Source: Bdellovibrionia bacterium (GTDB taxonomy: Bacteria; Bdellovibrionota; UBA1018). Taken from it: a stretch of 20,456 nt of DNA. The stretch spans positions 1 through 20,456 of the forward strand of contig JBMSSC010000037.1 in assembly GCA_049424145.1 (NCBI GenBank). Reading direction: 5' to 3'. The translations under genes were made by a program, and so were the position numbers. The notes under the pieces are model-generated. The model saw only the letters and a list, made by a program, of their open reading frames with translations. It had not been told where the DNA came from and did no database searches. Below, one piece after another: positions 7,467 to 16,952 of this stretch (position 1 is its first letter; every line of letters begins with the position of its first letter).

Positions 7467-8486
7467 TTGATTAAAGTGGGATTTATGTGGATCGCTAAAC
7501 CCATTGATCGCCTTTCTGAGGAAGAGAAACTCAGCTGGGAGGCGATACCCCAGAAGCCTCTTGCTCAGAGCTTAGCGTGGGCCAGTGCCATGAAGTCTTT
7601 GGGTACGCCGAGCTTTCTGATTTTTAATCCCGAAGAAAAGGTCGGAGGAATTGTCTTTGCATCCCATCTGCGCTCAGGACTGGGATCAAAAGTCCAACTC
7701 GAGTGTGTCAACGGACCCTTACTCCACTGGGACGATTCATCCGTGGTTTCTCGACAACTGGCCACCTTTGCTCTGGCTTGCTCCAAACTCAATCCGCAGT
7801 TTGCTCGGTTAACGCTTCGCCCGCGCTGGGAAAAAGGACAAATCCAAAAGCGAATGTCCCACCTGCCCGTTGCGCTGACCCAAAGCACGCTCTCCTCCAC
7901 CTTAGTCGTCAAGCTTCAAGGCTGTCAAAAAACACAGTGGAATCAATTAAGTCCCCGACTCAGACGGACGTTAAGGACGACCTGGAAGGAGCCGCTTCGC
8001 ACCACTTGGCAAGAGCTAACCCCCACTCTCCTACGTCCCTTCACCGAAGCCCTCCGAGAATTTAGCGCAAGGCGTCAATTCACCGTACCACCCGATGCTT
8101 GGTTTGAATCCCTCACGCTTACCCCTCGTGTTTCCGATCAACACTCGCCTCGGTTCTGGATGGTCACCGCCCAACGGACCTCATTGCACTTGCCTTCCAC
8201 CGAGTCCCAGGCCCAACTCCTGGTGGCATCCCAAGGCACAACCGCCCATTACCTCTTTGGTTTCACGCAAAAAGCGCACGCCCAGAAATCCTCCACCAGT
8301 CTTTCTGCCGTGGCGCACTGGGAAGCCCTCACTCAGTGCTCAAAATTGGGGCTAGAAAACTATGATTTGAACGGATATATGACTGATCCCAAGACGGACC
8401 ACCCCTACTTTGGAGTGGCTCAATTTAAAAAGCAATTTGCGGGAGCCGTGGTTGAATATGAAGTTCCTGAATTTATTATTGAGTAA
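7467..8486 (+). CDS. FemABX-like / GNAT-fold acyl or aminoacyl transferase (start may be ATG 7485)
   Basis: LAQSLAWA, NGPLL, TLVVKL...LSPRLRRTLR, AHYLFG, HWEAL...YDLNG...GVAQFKKQFAG match the FemAB/Acetyltransf_6 pattern. Confidence 0.75.
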   Translation: MIKVGFMWIAKPIDRLSEEEKLSWEAIPQKPLAQSLAWASAMKSLGTPSFLIFNPEEKVGGIVFASHLRSGLGSKVQLECVNGPLLHWDDSSVVSRQLATFALACSKLNPQFARLTLRPRWEKGQIQKRMSHLPVALTQSTLSSTLVVKLQGCQKTQWNQLSPRLRRTLRTTWKEPLRTTWQELTPTLLRPFTEALREFSARRQFTVPPDAWFESLTLTPRVSDQHSPRFWMVTAQRTSLHLPSTESQAQLLVASQGTTAHYLFGFTQKAHAQKSSTSLSAVAHWEALTQCSKLGLENYDLNGYMTDPKTDHPYFGVAQFKKQFAGAVVEYEVPEFIIE

Positions 8487-8513
8487 GAGCCTGTTTTTTC
8501 CGAAGACAACCTT

Positions 8514-9578
8514 GTGACATCAAAAACGCAAGCTCAACCCTGGGTTCAATTAGAGAGAATCGACGGCTTCATTCATATTGAGCCTGCCATCATCACCTTA
8601 TCGTTGGTGCTTGCAGCGTGGCTGATCTCTAAAATCTTTCTCAAAACCCTGAGTGAGGATCGAAGTCGCACATTAGCGACCCAGTTTAGTAACCTAGGCG
8701 TTCATCTGATTTTTGGAACGGGTTTATTTGTTGCTTATTTGGGCCTCCATCAGCTCCCGGATACGGCATTCGTAGAGAGAATCATGACGTACGTGGGGCT
8801 AATCACGATTTTCTCGGGCTCAGCTATTTTTATTAAAACCTGGCGAATTTTAGTTTTTGAGTACCTCTATTTAAGCCACATGAGAGTGGCTTTTCCCGTA
8901 CTTCTAGTGAATCTATTCACGCTTCTTTTATCGATCGTTCTAGCTGGATGGATTGGAGCTGAGATCTTCAATCTTCAGTTAACCCCCCTGATTGCAACCT
9001 CTGCGATTTTCTCCCTTGTACTGGGTCTTGCTCTTCAAGACACACTCGGCAATCTTTTTGCAGGGGTGGCCCTTCAATTTGATAAGCCCTATGAAATTGG
9101 GGATTGGGTTGAAATTCAAACGGGCACACAAAAATGGACGGGTCAGGTTTATGAGATCTCTTGGCGCGCCACCATTCTTGTCGGAATGGGAGAGGAAATC
9201 ATCACTGTACCCAATCGAGTGATGGGACAAGCTCAGATTACAAACTTCACCACGAAGTATCGACCCATCTTAAGAGCGTTGATTTTTAGGTTCCCCTTTG
9301 ATGTGAATCTCGATCGAGTCAAAAAGATCCTCGCTCAAGCGGCAAGTGCTGTGCCTGAGGTGCGACGCTCTCCAACGCCCTTTGTCCTAATCTCCGACAC
9401 CTCGGAGTCTTGGATCAGTTGCAAACTCATCTATTACATTGATCATTTTGGAACCCACACCCGCGTTGCCGATGCCGTCTACTCCCAATCCTTAAGTAGC
9501 CTTGAGGCTGCAGGGATTTCACTAGCAAAACATCAATTGAAGATTGAAACCCTCTCCGAAAACGTTCTTTCATCCTGA
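8514..9578 (+). CDS. Small-conductance mechanosensitive channel (MscS family)
   Basis: LGLALQDTLGNLFAGVALQFDKPYEIGDWV, GQVYEISWRAT, VPNR motifs; several N-terminal TM segments. Confidence 0.93.
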   Translation: MTSKTQAQPWVQLERIDGFIHIEPAIITLSLVLAAWLISKIFLKTLSEDRSRTLATQFSNLGVHLIFGTGLFVAYLGLHQLPDTAFVERIMTYVGLITIFSGSAIFIKTWRILVFEYLYLSHMRVAFPVLLVNLFTLLLSIVLAGWIGAEIFNLQLTPLIATSAIFSLVLGLALQDTLGNLFAGVALQFDKPYEIGDWVEIQTGTQKWTGQVYEISWRATILVGMGEEIITVPNRVMGQAQITNFTTKYRPILRALIFRFPFDVNLDRVKKILAQAASAVPEVRRSPTPFVLISDTSESWISCKLIYYIDHFGTHTRVADAVYSQSLSSLEAAGISLAKHQLKIETLSENVLSS

Positions 9579-9767
9579 AACTCTTCCACGACAAAACCCT
9601 GAAGGTGAAATCCGGAATGAACTCCATCGTCTTGGGCTGTCATGCAAGATGCACGGCTTAATGAGCAGACTTCCAGCCTAAAAACAGCCTTGCGACCAGG
9701 AACCGATCACCTGCAGAGGCAACTTCAGAGAGTAGGTCAACGGACCTCATGAGAGGCAAATCACAGA

Positions 9768-9783
9768 TGGCACAAAAGATGCT
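9768..9783 (+). promoter_or_regulatory. Putative sigma-54 (-24/-12) promoter for the PilZ gene
   Basis: TGGCACAAAAGATGCT versus consensus TGGCAC-N5-TTGCW; exact GG-N10-GC spacing; ends 32 bp upstream of GTG 9816. Confidence 0.65.
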
Positions 9784-9815
9784 TGGACCCACAGCAATAA
9801 AAAGGGACCTCGCTC

Positions 9816-10244
9816 GTGCAACTCAGAAAAGATGAACGATTTACTTACCGCGTGAATGTGATTTGGAGCTTTTTTGCTCAATCTAAAAACCCTAAAAAAT
9901 CAGGGTCACTGGAGGATATTTCTCGCTCAGGATGCCTACTCAAGACACAAGAGCGAATCGACTCCCGGCGATGGCTTAGAATCGTCATCCAAGATGAGGC
10001 CACGAACCTACTTTTTGCTACCATTGGAAGAGTGATGCGAGAGCACTCTTCTCTGCACTCTCGCAAACCCTCTTGGACTTCTATGCCTGAACCGTATTTT
10101 TATGGGATTGAGTTTACGTTTCCCAACTATTTTACACTAGCCCAGGATCAGGAAATCTCAGCACTCTCCAAAAGGAACTTCATTGTTCGCTCTTGTCGGA
10201 GTCTAAACTCTAAGTCCTGCGCGCGGCCGGGATTTTTTGCATAG
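9816..10244 (+). CDS. PilZ domain protein (c-di-GMP receptor)
   Basis: RKDER (RxxxR) and DISRSG (DxSxxG) motifs, then GRVMR and YGIEF; AAGGGA SD; in-frame TAA at 9798 limits the start. Confidence 0.85.
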   Translation: MQLRKDERFTYRVNVIWSFFAQSKNPKKSGSLEDISRSGCLLKTQERIDSRRWLRIVIQDEATNLLFATIGRVMREHSSLHSRKPSWTSMPEPYFYGIEFTFPNYFTLAQDQEISALSKRNFIVRSCRSLNSKSCARPGFFA

Positions 10245-11497
10245 AACTCTTTCAATTGGTCCAGCTCCATCTTCATTGAGCTGGCCATATTGGAGATCTC
10301 CGTCTGCACTTCTTCTGCGCTCACTGCGATGGACTCGCTCTTGGCAATGGACTCCAGTGCCAAGCTTCCCATCACCTGGTTCTGAGCTCGTTTTAAAAGA
10401 TCAGAGAACCCCGACCGAACGATTTGTTCAATCATCTTTTCAGGGTAGCCTTGCTTCTTTAAATCCCGCGCCCACTCTTCGGCTAAAATTCGGGCTTGCG
10501 CCTGAATCATGGAACTGGGAACCTCAAAGGGATTCTTTTCAATCACAGCCCCTAAGAGATCACTACGAAGTTTTCTCTCCGCTTGCTCGACTCGCTCGCG
10601 GCTGATCATCTCTTTGGCTTTGATCTTGAAGTCACTTAAATTCTCATACCCCAGCTGTTGAGCAAACTCGTCATCGAGGGGCGCAAGCTTCTTTTCCTTC
10701 AGCTCATTGAGGGTTACATTAAACTCACCCTCTTGGCCGGCATAAGTTTTTTCAATAAAATCCTCAGGGAATTTGAGACGAAACGTCCTGGTCTCTCCTT
10801 GAGACATCCCCATGAGCTGATCTTCAAATCCTGGGATCCAAGAGTTTGATCCCAACTCCACCATCTTTGAACCGTTCATATCGGCCTGAGGAATGACTTT
10901 TCCCTCTTTCACCAAACCGCCAGAAATCTGAACATCCAAAAAGTCACCCTTTTGAGTCACTCGAGGAGCAGACCCGGATTCAGCTTCACTTCCGGCCACT
11001 GGAACAAGCTGGGCTTGGGAGTGACGAAGGTTTTCAATGACTTGATCCACATGATCATCAGTCACTTCGGTGCTCTCTTTTTTGAGCTTCAACTTTTTAT
11101 AGTTCTTCATCTCCAGCTCAGGCATCACCTCAACCGTTGCAATGAACGAGAGGTCCTGATCTTCATGGAGCGTATGATCGTGCTCGCCCGATCCGGTTTG
11201 ATGCTCCGGAGTCTCAATCTTCGGTCGTCCCACGGATTGGATTTTTTCTTGAATGACTGCTTTTTCAATCGAGTCGTCGATGAGCCGATGGAACAACTGA
11301 TGCCTCACATCACTGCCATAGAACTGCTTCACCATGCTCAGAGGGACTTGGCCGGCTCGAAACCCTTTGAGTTTCGCAGTCTTTTGGACTTGAACTAAGC
11401 TGCGATCAAACTGGGTTTTGACTTCCTGAGAGGGGATCTTAATTTTCAGTTTTCGAACGATACTAGAGATTTTTTCGACTTCAACGCTAAATTCCAT
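10148..11497 (-). CDS. tig: Trigger factor
   Basis: Ribosome-binding motif variant LKGFRAGQVP, FKBP domain WIPGFEDQLMGM...FPED, C-terminal NPFEVPSSMI. Confidence 0.96.
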   Translation of the reverse strand: MEFSVEVEKISSIVRKLKIKIPSQEVKTQFDRSLVQVQKTAKLKGFRAGQVPLSMVKQFYGSDVRHQLFHRLIDDSIEKAVIQEKIQSVGRPKIETPEHQTGSGEHDHTLHEDQDLSFIATVEVMPELEMKNYKKLKLKKESTEVTDDHVDQVIENLRHSQAQLVPVAGSEAESGSAPRVTQKGDFLDVQISGGLVKEGKVIPQADMNGSKMVELGSNSWIPGFEDQLMGMSQGETRTFRLKFPEDFIEKTYAGQEGEFNVTLNELKEKKLAPLDDEFAQQLGYENLSDFKIKAKEMISRERVEQAERKLRSDLLGAVIEKNPFEVPSSMIQAQARILAEEWARDLKKQGYPEKMIEQIVRSGFSDLLKRAQNQVMGSLALESIAKSESIAVSAEEVQTEISNMASSMKMELDQLKEFYAKNPGRAQDLEFRLRQERTMKFLLESAEIS

Positions 11498-11605
11498 GGC
11501 TTTCTTTTAGTCGAAACCGACCCAAATTGTCAACCCCATCCCAGCGCTGCCTCCAAGGCCATCTTGAGCCCGAAAGTGGCCACCGGAGTCAAAAACTGGA
11601 CCCAA

Positions 11606-12490
11606 TCATGAGAAAATGGATCGACTGGCCCTTTCCTCCTCAGGCTCACGCCAAGGCTCAAGCCTCAGGCCAAACTCGGAGGGATACCAGACCTTCTCCA
11701 GCCACAAGCCACGCGCAGGCGCCGTAGGCCCGACCTGGGATCGATCTTTTGAGGCTAAGACCTCTCGAATGCAAGACGGAGGTCGATAGCCTTCGCCCAC
11801 CTGCAGCAAGGTTCCGGCAATCGATCGAACCATTTGCTTTAAAAACCCCGTGCCCACTAGACGAATTCGCACGAGCCGAAACGAGGAAGAAAGCCCGGAC
11901 CCTCCCTCATGAAACCCCAAGGCGGGAAACAGGATCGGCAAAACAGTGACATCGGCCTCTAAAACTGTTCTCACCGTGCTCCCCGGCTTTGAACCCGAGG
12001 CCTGAAAGGCTTTAAAGTCATGCTCGCCCCGTAAAAAGCCTAATGCTTGAGTCACTGCATCTAAGTCCAAATCCTTTCGAATCCACCGAGTGTAGGGCAA
12101 AAGATGAGGCGGCGCACACGAGCCTTGTTGATAATAATAGCTGTACTGTTTCTTCTCAGCCGACTTCTGAGCGTGAAACTCGAGGCTCACCGGACTGAGA
12201 GCTAAAATCCGGATATCTTGGGATAACTGGCTATTGAGCCCCTTCATGAGGCGATGAGCATCCCAAGCCTTTTGCCTCAGGATGAAGTGGGCCACTTGAC
12301 CGGCTGCGTGAACACCTGAATCCGTGCGACCACTTCCCACGACAGAAACGGACTCCCCTGTGATGACTCCCAGCGCCTTTTCAATCGACTCTTGAAGACT
12401 GGGATCACCCGATGCACCTGAGCCCTTTTGCTTCTGCCAACCACAATAATGGGTTCCACTATAGGCAATTAAAACAGCGTACTTCCACAT
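11606..12490 (-). CDS. truA: tRNA pseudouridine(38-40) synthase
   Basis: YSGTHYCGWQKQ, GSGRTDSGVHA, GEHDFKAF, GFLKQMVRSIAG, TAPARGLWL. Confidence 0.96.
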   Translation of the reverse strand: MWKYAVLIAYSGTHYCGWQKQKGSGASGDPSLQESIEKALGVITGESVSVVGSGRTDSGVHAAGQVAHFILRQKAWDAHRLMKGLNSQLSQDIRILALSPVSLEFHAQKSAEKKQYSYYYQQGSCAPPHLLPYTRWIRKDLDLDAVTQALGFLRGEHDFKAFQASGSKPGSTVRTVLEADVTVLPILFPALGFHEGGSGLSSSFRLVRIRLVGTGFLKQMVRSIAGTLLQVGEGYRPPSCIREVLASKDRSQVGPTAPARGLWLEKVWYPSEFGLRLEPWREPEEERASRSIFS

Positions 12491-12495
12491 ACCTC

Positions 12496-13521
12496 TTAAA
12501 ACTCATAAGTTAAGCCCCCTGAAAACGAGTCAGAGGCAAACCGCAAATCGCCCCCTAACGGGCTCACTCGCGTATAATCCAAGGTCAGATAAAAATGCTT
12601 CACCCCATAATCGGAATAAAGATTCCACGACGCACTCCGGCTCATCCAATCGAGCAACAAAGCCACACCCAGGGAGGTAGTGAAAGCAGTACTCACCCCA
12701 CGCTTGGAGGCTCCCACATCACTTCTGACCTCCATGTAGTTCACCAACGTGGGCCCAATCATCACATACGGCCTTAAAATGCGAAGGAGGTTAAAGCGGT
12801 AAATGGCAGAAACACTCACGGGGACGACGAAAAACTGAAACGAAGTTCGAGCCTGGGACGAGAAAAAACCCGTGTTGCCGGGTTTTGGAAGCTCAAAGCC
12901 AAACGTTCCTTGAGCGGAAAAATAATTAAACCCCAAAGAGCCCACAATGCCGATGTTTCCAAGCCACTCACTGTGGAACGGCTGATACTCGTAAAATGCC
13001 GTGACCTCGGGTCGAAACTCTCGCCCATAGAAGGTCTCAAAGGGAAGATTCACTGATCCTGATTGCGCGGCTGAAATCTGGCGATCCACCTTCGCGCTCA
13101 CCCGAAGTCCAATGGCATGATGAATCTGCCCCGGACGCTTAAACTGCAACTCCGATTTTCCTTCATGGTAATTTTGAATTGCACTGGGGTTCTCGTTGGG
13201 TGGGAGGTTGCTCTTTACCTTCTCAGCATATCCCTCACTCCCCTCTCCTTTCGGTTCTGGAAGAGTTTGTTTGAGTTGCTCGAGATAGGCCCCCTCAGGT
13301 GGATCTGACCTTTCCCGTAATAGCTGCATACGACGCTGATCCAGGTAAGGAGTCTCAGAACTCATTTGCGTGCCCTCGGGCTTGGAACTCGACTTGCTTT
13401 TTAAATCATCTAAGAGCTGATCAATGTAAGGCTGACTCCCAGGCTCAGTAGCATGAGATTCAGCTAGACCGAAAGAGAAGAGCGCCAATACGATTGGAAT
13501 AACTTCCCTTGCAAACCTCAT
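12496..13521 (-). CDS. Outer-membrane beta-barrel protein with periplasmic N-terminal region
   Basis: Start ATG 13521 (MRFAREVIPIVLALFSFGLAESHA, signal peptide) overlaps the upstream stop as ATGA. Amphipathic beta strands and terminal GGLTYEF BAM signal. The track start at 13581 is probably too long. Confidence 0.8.
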   Translation of the reverse strand: MRFAREVIPIVLALFSFGLAESHATEPGSQPYIDQLLDDLKSKSSSKPEGTQMSSETPYLDQRRMQLLRERSDPPEGAYLEQLKQTLPEPKGEGSEGYAEKVKSNLPPNENPSAIQNYHEGKSELQFKRPGQIHHAIGLRVSAKVDRQISAAQSGSVNLPFETFYGREFRPEVTAFYEYQPFHSEWLGNIGIVGSLGFNYFSAQGTFGFELPKPGNTGFFSSQARTSFQFFVVPVSVSAIYRFNLLRILRPYVMIGPTLVNYMEVRSDVGASKRGVSTAFTTSLGVALLLDWMSRSASWNLYSDYGVKHFYLTLDYTRVSPLGGDLRFASDSFSGGLTYEF

Positions 13522-15089
13522 CCCTTTCCCTTTCTTTCTTTTTGCCAAAGGCAGGCCACAAAAATGGAAAACACGGCACACAAAGTTAAACCGAAAACCC
13601 CCCCTGCCGCAGGATTAAGGATCAACCACGCTCCGAATTCAACGGGGGCTAAAAAAAGGAGAACCGGATACTGAAATGCACGATGCTCCATCAGCCACGC
13701 CGCAGCGTCTGGAGACCAACGGTAGTAACTCCTGACCCACTTCCGCCCCCAAGACGAGGGGAGAAGGACTCGGTCTCTAAACTCTCGGAGCATCACCACA
13801 GGAGAGGACTCTACGGAACGAAATGCAGCCGTTGCAATAAAACAATTGCTCTTGGATAAAAACCCCTGAATGGATGCGGCATAAACCGGCTCAACCACAC
13901 AACTGGAGTCGGATTGCACAAAGACACCCGCCCGATCTTGGCCAATAAAAGAGATGCGGTAGGGCTTCAGATCACCGGAGGTGGAATTTTCCAGTCCTTG
14001 GACTGAAGCATTTGTGTCATTTAAATTCACAGTTTGGGCGAAAAGATTGTTACTTCCATAAAACTGAGTCTTATCAAAATCCAGCCCAGAGCCCTGACGC
14101 TGACCCAGAGCAATCATCCGGTATCCTGGAGCCCCTTGAGCGTTGCCAACAGGACCCACCTGAAACGCGGAGGTATCAAAATAGACCTCTCCATCGCCCG
14201 GAAACACGGCTTGATTTAAAGCACTGGATGCAGGACAAGTAAAACTGGGAGGCGTGACTTCAAAGACAAATTGAATCGGCACGGTGAATTGATCAATGGC
14301 TGCTGAAGTCGGTGTCAAATTGGGATCTGTTGCAACACGAACCGAAAAATAAAGAGGCAGGGTGCGAGAAGAAGTCGCCTCAGGATAGGACAATGTATTT
14401 CCATTGCAGACATTGAGCGCGGCTGACCCCAAAGAAAAGGACTTACAAATATCGTTCAAGTAAAAACCCAGACGAATGGTGGAGCCAGAGCTGTATTTGG
14501 CTGCATAAAAGTAGTTATTGGGGTTCGTCAGAAAGCCATTGGAATCGGGCGTCCGATCGGGGGCCTGACAATTCGTCATACTACAGGCCACTCCATTGAG
14601 GGTGGCAATGGGAATGGGCCGAGAGGTAGTGCCTGAGGCTCCCCCTGCATGAATCATGACCACCAAAGACTGACCCGCACTAATCAGAGGCGCGGCGGCC
14701 GTTGACGCAAAAGATACTTCAATGGCGTTGCTATGATCATTGACCGCATCGCTTGCGGCCGTTTGAGTAACATCCAGGGAAGTCACCCCTTGGGCAAGAA
14801 AGTTCTCAGCAGGCAGGGGACTCGTGCTTCCGGTTTGAACATAATAGTAGATCTGGGGCGAGGAAAACGTCGTGTTGCTATCCATCGCAGTTTGAATCGT
14901 TCCGCCATTGGTTGGAATTAAGCGAATGATCGCCCAGGCCAAAGACGAGTTTAAAAAAAGAAAGGAAAATAGAGCCAAATGAAAAACTCGGAGTCCCCAG
15001 CCGCTCTGAGGTAAAACCCTACTTTTTTTTACCCCAGCACCGCTTCTATCGCACTCCGACCAGGATGCTCTCTGCAATTTGAACGGCAT
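13518..15089 (-). CDS. Secreted Ser/Thr-rich, Cys-containing protein with C-terminal CFI-box-CTERM domain (start uncertain)
   Basis: Signal ...LALFSFLFLNSSLAWA, FN3-like VFPGDGEVYFD, C-terminal CFIATAAF...LREFRDRVL...GRKWVRSYYRWSP, TM segment and basic tail. Confidence 0.8.
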   Translation of the reverse strand: MPFKLQRASWSECDRSGAGVKKSRVLPQSGWGLRVFHLALFSFLFLNSSLAWAIIRLIPTNGGTIQTAMDSNTTFSSPQIYYYVQTGSTSPLPAENFLAQGVTSLDVTQTAASDAVNDHSNAIEVSFASTAAAPLISAGQSLVVMIHAGGASGTTSRPIPIATLNGVACSMTNCQAPDRTPDSNGFLTNPNNYFYAAKYSSGSTIRLGFYLNDICKSFSLGSAALNVCNGNTLSYPEATSSRTLPLYFSVRVATDPNLTPTSAAIDQFTVPIQFVFEVTPPSFTCPASSALNQAVFPGDGEVYFDTSAFQVGPVGNAQGAPGYRMIALGQRQGSGLDFDKTQFYGSNNLFAQTVNLNDTNASVQGLENSTSGDLKPYRISFIGQDRAGVFVQSDSSCVVEPVYAASIQGFLSKSNCFIATAAFRSVESSPVVMLREFRDRVLLPSSWGRKWVRSYYRWSPDAAAWLMEHRAFQYPVLLFLAPVEFGAWLILNPAAGGVFGLTLCAVFSIFVACLWQKERKGKG

Positions 15090-16146
15090 TTAATGCAGCT
15101 CCTTTTCTCAAGTTATCCGAAACCACCCAAAAATTCACGCCAAAGGGAACCGACTGATCCCTCCGAATTCGCCCGACATAGACGGCATCTCGACCCGTGG
15201 CTGCTTCGACTCCCTCTTCTTGCTCTGAAGTCACACTGAGGGGATAGATTTTTTTCTCAGGATCGTCCTGAACGATCACTCCCGACTGGGCTCTGAGCGC
15301 TTCTCGAACTTCCTCTAAGTCAAACTCTCGTTCACACTCCACGTTCACCGACTCGCCATGACAGGAGAACGTCGGCACTCTCACTGCCGTAGCTGAAATC
15401 TTCAACTGAGGCAGCCCTAGGATTTTGCGACTTTCTTCCATGATCTTCTGTTCCTCGCTCGTGTAGCCATTTTCTTTAAACCCCCCGATTTGAGGAATGC
15501 AGTTAAACGCAATCGGATGAGCAAACACCTGGGGCTCAACGCTCTGCTGATTAAACAAGGCTAGAGTTTGAGAGGACAACTCTCTCATGGCAGCCGATCC
15601 CGCTCCACTGACGCTTTGATAAGTGGAGACTACGACTCTTTTTAAGCCCCAGCGATCGGAGATGGGCTTAAGCGCCAAAACTAACTCAACTGTGGAGCAA
15701 TTCGGCCCCGAGAGGATCCGCTCCGATGCACTTAAGGCTGAGGGGTTTCTCAGGCGATCCGCCAGCAACTCAGCATTGACCTCGGGAACGAGCAATGGCA
15801 CGTCGTTTTTCATCCGAAAGGTTGCTGAATTATCAATCACCCAAGCCCCCGATTCGGCAGCCTCAGGGACCCATTGGCGCGAGACCTCATCGGAGGCATC
15901 AAAAAAAGCAAAGTCCACGCCTTGAAAACATCCCTTTTGAAGCACCTGGCAACGATGACTTTTCTCGCGCCACAAAATGACCTGGCCCTCTGAGCGTTTG
16001 GAACTAAATAAAATGAGCTGAGAGATAGGAAACTTTCTAGAAGCCAACACAGAAAGTAACTCACGACCCACGGCACCTGTTGCGCCGACTACTGCCACTC
16101 GATACCCTACCTTTGACTGCCGCACCTGAGTTTTACTCTCTGACAT
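15046..16146 (-). CDS. asd: Aspartate-semialdehyde dehydrogenase
   Basis: VGATGAVG, IDNSATFRM, PNCST (catalytic Cys), STYQSVSGAG, VRVPTFSCHGES, DNLRKGAALNAVQIAE. Confidence 0.97.
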   Translation of the reverse strand: MSESKTQVRQSKVGYRVAVVGATGAVGRELLSVLASRKFPISQLILFSSKRSEGQVILWREKSHRCQVLQKGCFQGVDFAFFDASDEVSRQWVPEAAESGAWVIDNSATFRMKNDVPLLVPEVNAELLADRLRNPSALSASERILSGPNCSTVELVLALKPISDRWGLKRVVVSTYQSVSGAGSAAMRELSSQTLALFNQQSVEPQVFAHPIAFNCIPQIGGFKENGYTSEEQKIMEESRKILGLPQLKISATAVRVPTFSCHGESVNVECEREFDLEEVREALRAQSGVIVQDDPEKKIYPLSVTSEQEEGVEAATGRDAVYVGRIRRDQSVPFGVNFWVVSDNLRKGAALNAVQIAESILVGVR

Positions 16147-16885
16147 AAGTGGATGTTGGACTCCTTGGATCCGTCATTTTTTCTTTGCCTTCGTCTGATA
16201 AAAGCAAACGAACGGCATTGGAACCTAAACTGAACAAGACATAAGCGCAGCCTAAGAGAAACAGGGTGATCTCCGGGCGGGTGGCCACCAGGATCATCGC
16301 AAGAAGGCCCACAAAGAGGTACCCAAAAGTGGAGCGGGAGCGCCAGTTGAGCTCTTTTAACGAGGGAAACCGAAGGGTGCTCACCATGAGGCTGGCCAAA
16401 AGCAGGGTCAGAATAAGAACAAAGGGCGAAATAAAACTCGGCCAACCGGTGGTGTGATGAAAAATCATAAACGTAGAGACAATGCCTGCAGCCATGGGAA
16501 TGGGAAGGCCCTGAAAGTAGTGTTTAGGAATCACAGCGGAATTGACGTTGAAACGAGCCAGTCGCATGGCCCCACAGGCGAGGAACAAAAAGGCCGCAAG
16601 AAACCCCAGTCGATCGTAGGGCTGAAGAGCAAACTGATAGAGCAGCAGTGCCGGAGCTGCCCCAAAGGAAATAAGGTCGGATAAGCTATCGTATTCGACC
16701 CCAAACTGACTGGTGGCCTTTGCCAGGCGTGCGATTCGTCCATCGAGCATATCAAAGATTCCAGCCGCCAGAATAGCCCAGCTTGCCGAAACATAATCAG
16801 CTCGAATGGAAGCTGCGATCGAATAAAAGCCACAAAACAGATTTGCGGTCGTGACAAAATTCGGTATTAGGTAAATTTTTTTCAT
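16133..16885 (-). CDS. pssA: CDP-diacylglycerol--serine O-phosphatidyltransferase
   Basis: IPNFVTTANLFCG, CDP-alcohol motif DMLDGRIAR...FGVEYDSLSDLISFG, RLARFN, FQGLPIP. Confidence 0.94.
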   Translation of the reverse strand: MKKIYLIPNFVTTANLFCGFYSIAASIRADYVSASWAILAAGIFDMLDGRIARLAKATSQFGVEYDSLSDLISFGAAPALLLYQFALQPYDRLGFLAAFLFLACGAMRLARFNVNSAVIPKHYFQGLPIPMAAGIVSTFMIFHHTTGWPSFISPFVLILTLLLASLMVSTLRFPSLKELNWRSRSTFGYLFVGLLAMILVATRPEITLFLLGCAYVLFSLGSNAVRLLLSDEGKEKMTDPRSPTSTYVRE

Positions 16886-16952
16886 TAGTCCTCAAAGCAA
16901 TTTTTTGAATCACCCTCAGATGACGCTGAGTTCACATCCCGATCCTGATCAG

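Noticed and set aside
7378..7493. dif site near the apparent skew switch (TCATCGGATAA at about 7378; TTATGTGG at 7483)
   Set aside because: Neither half has a partner arm at the required 6-bp spacing.
9579..9815. c-di-GMP-I riboswitch upstream of the PilZ gene
   Set aside because: GGCAAA is present, but the GNRA-capped P2 stem and the following GCAAAG/P3 pattern are not; a sigma-54 promoter fits better. An Rfam scan would settle it.
11498..11605. tRNA upstream of tig
   Set aside because: No T-loop GTTCRA or cloverleaf on either strand.
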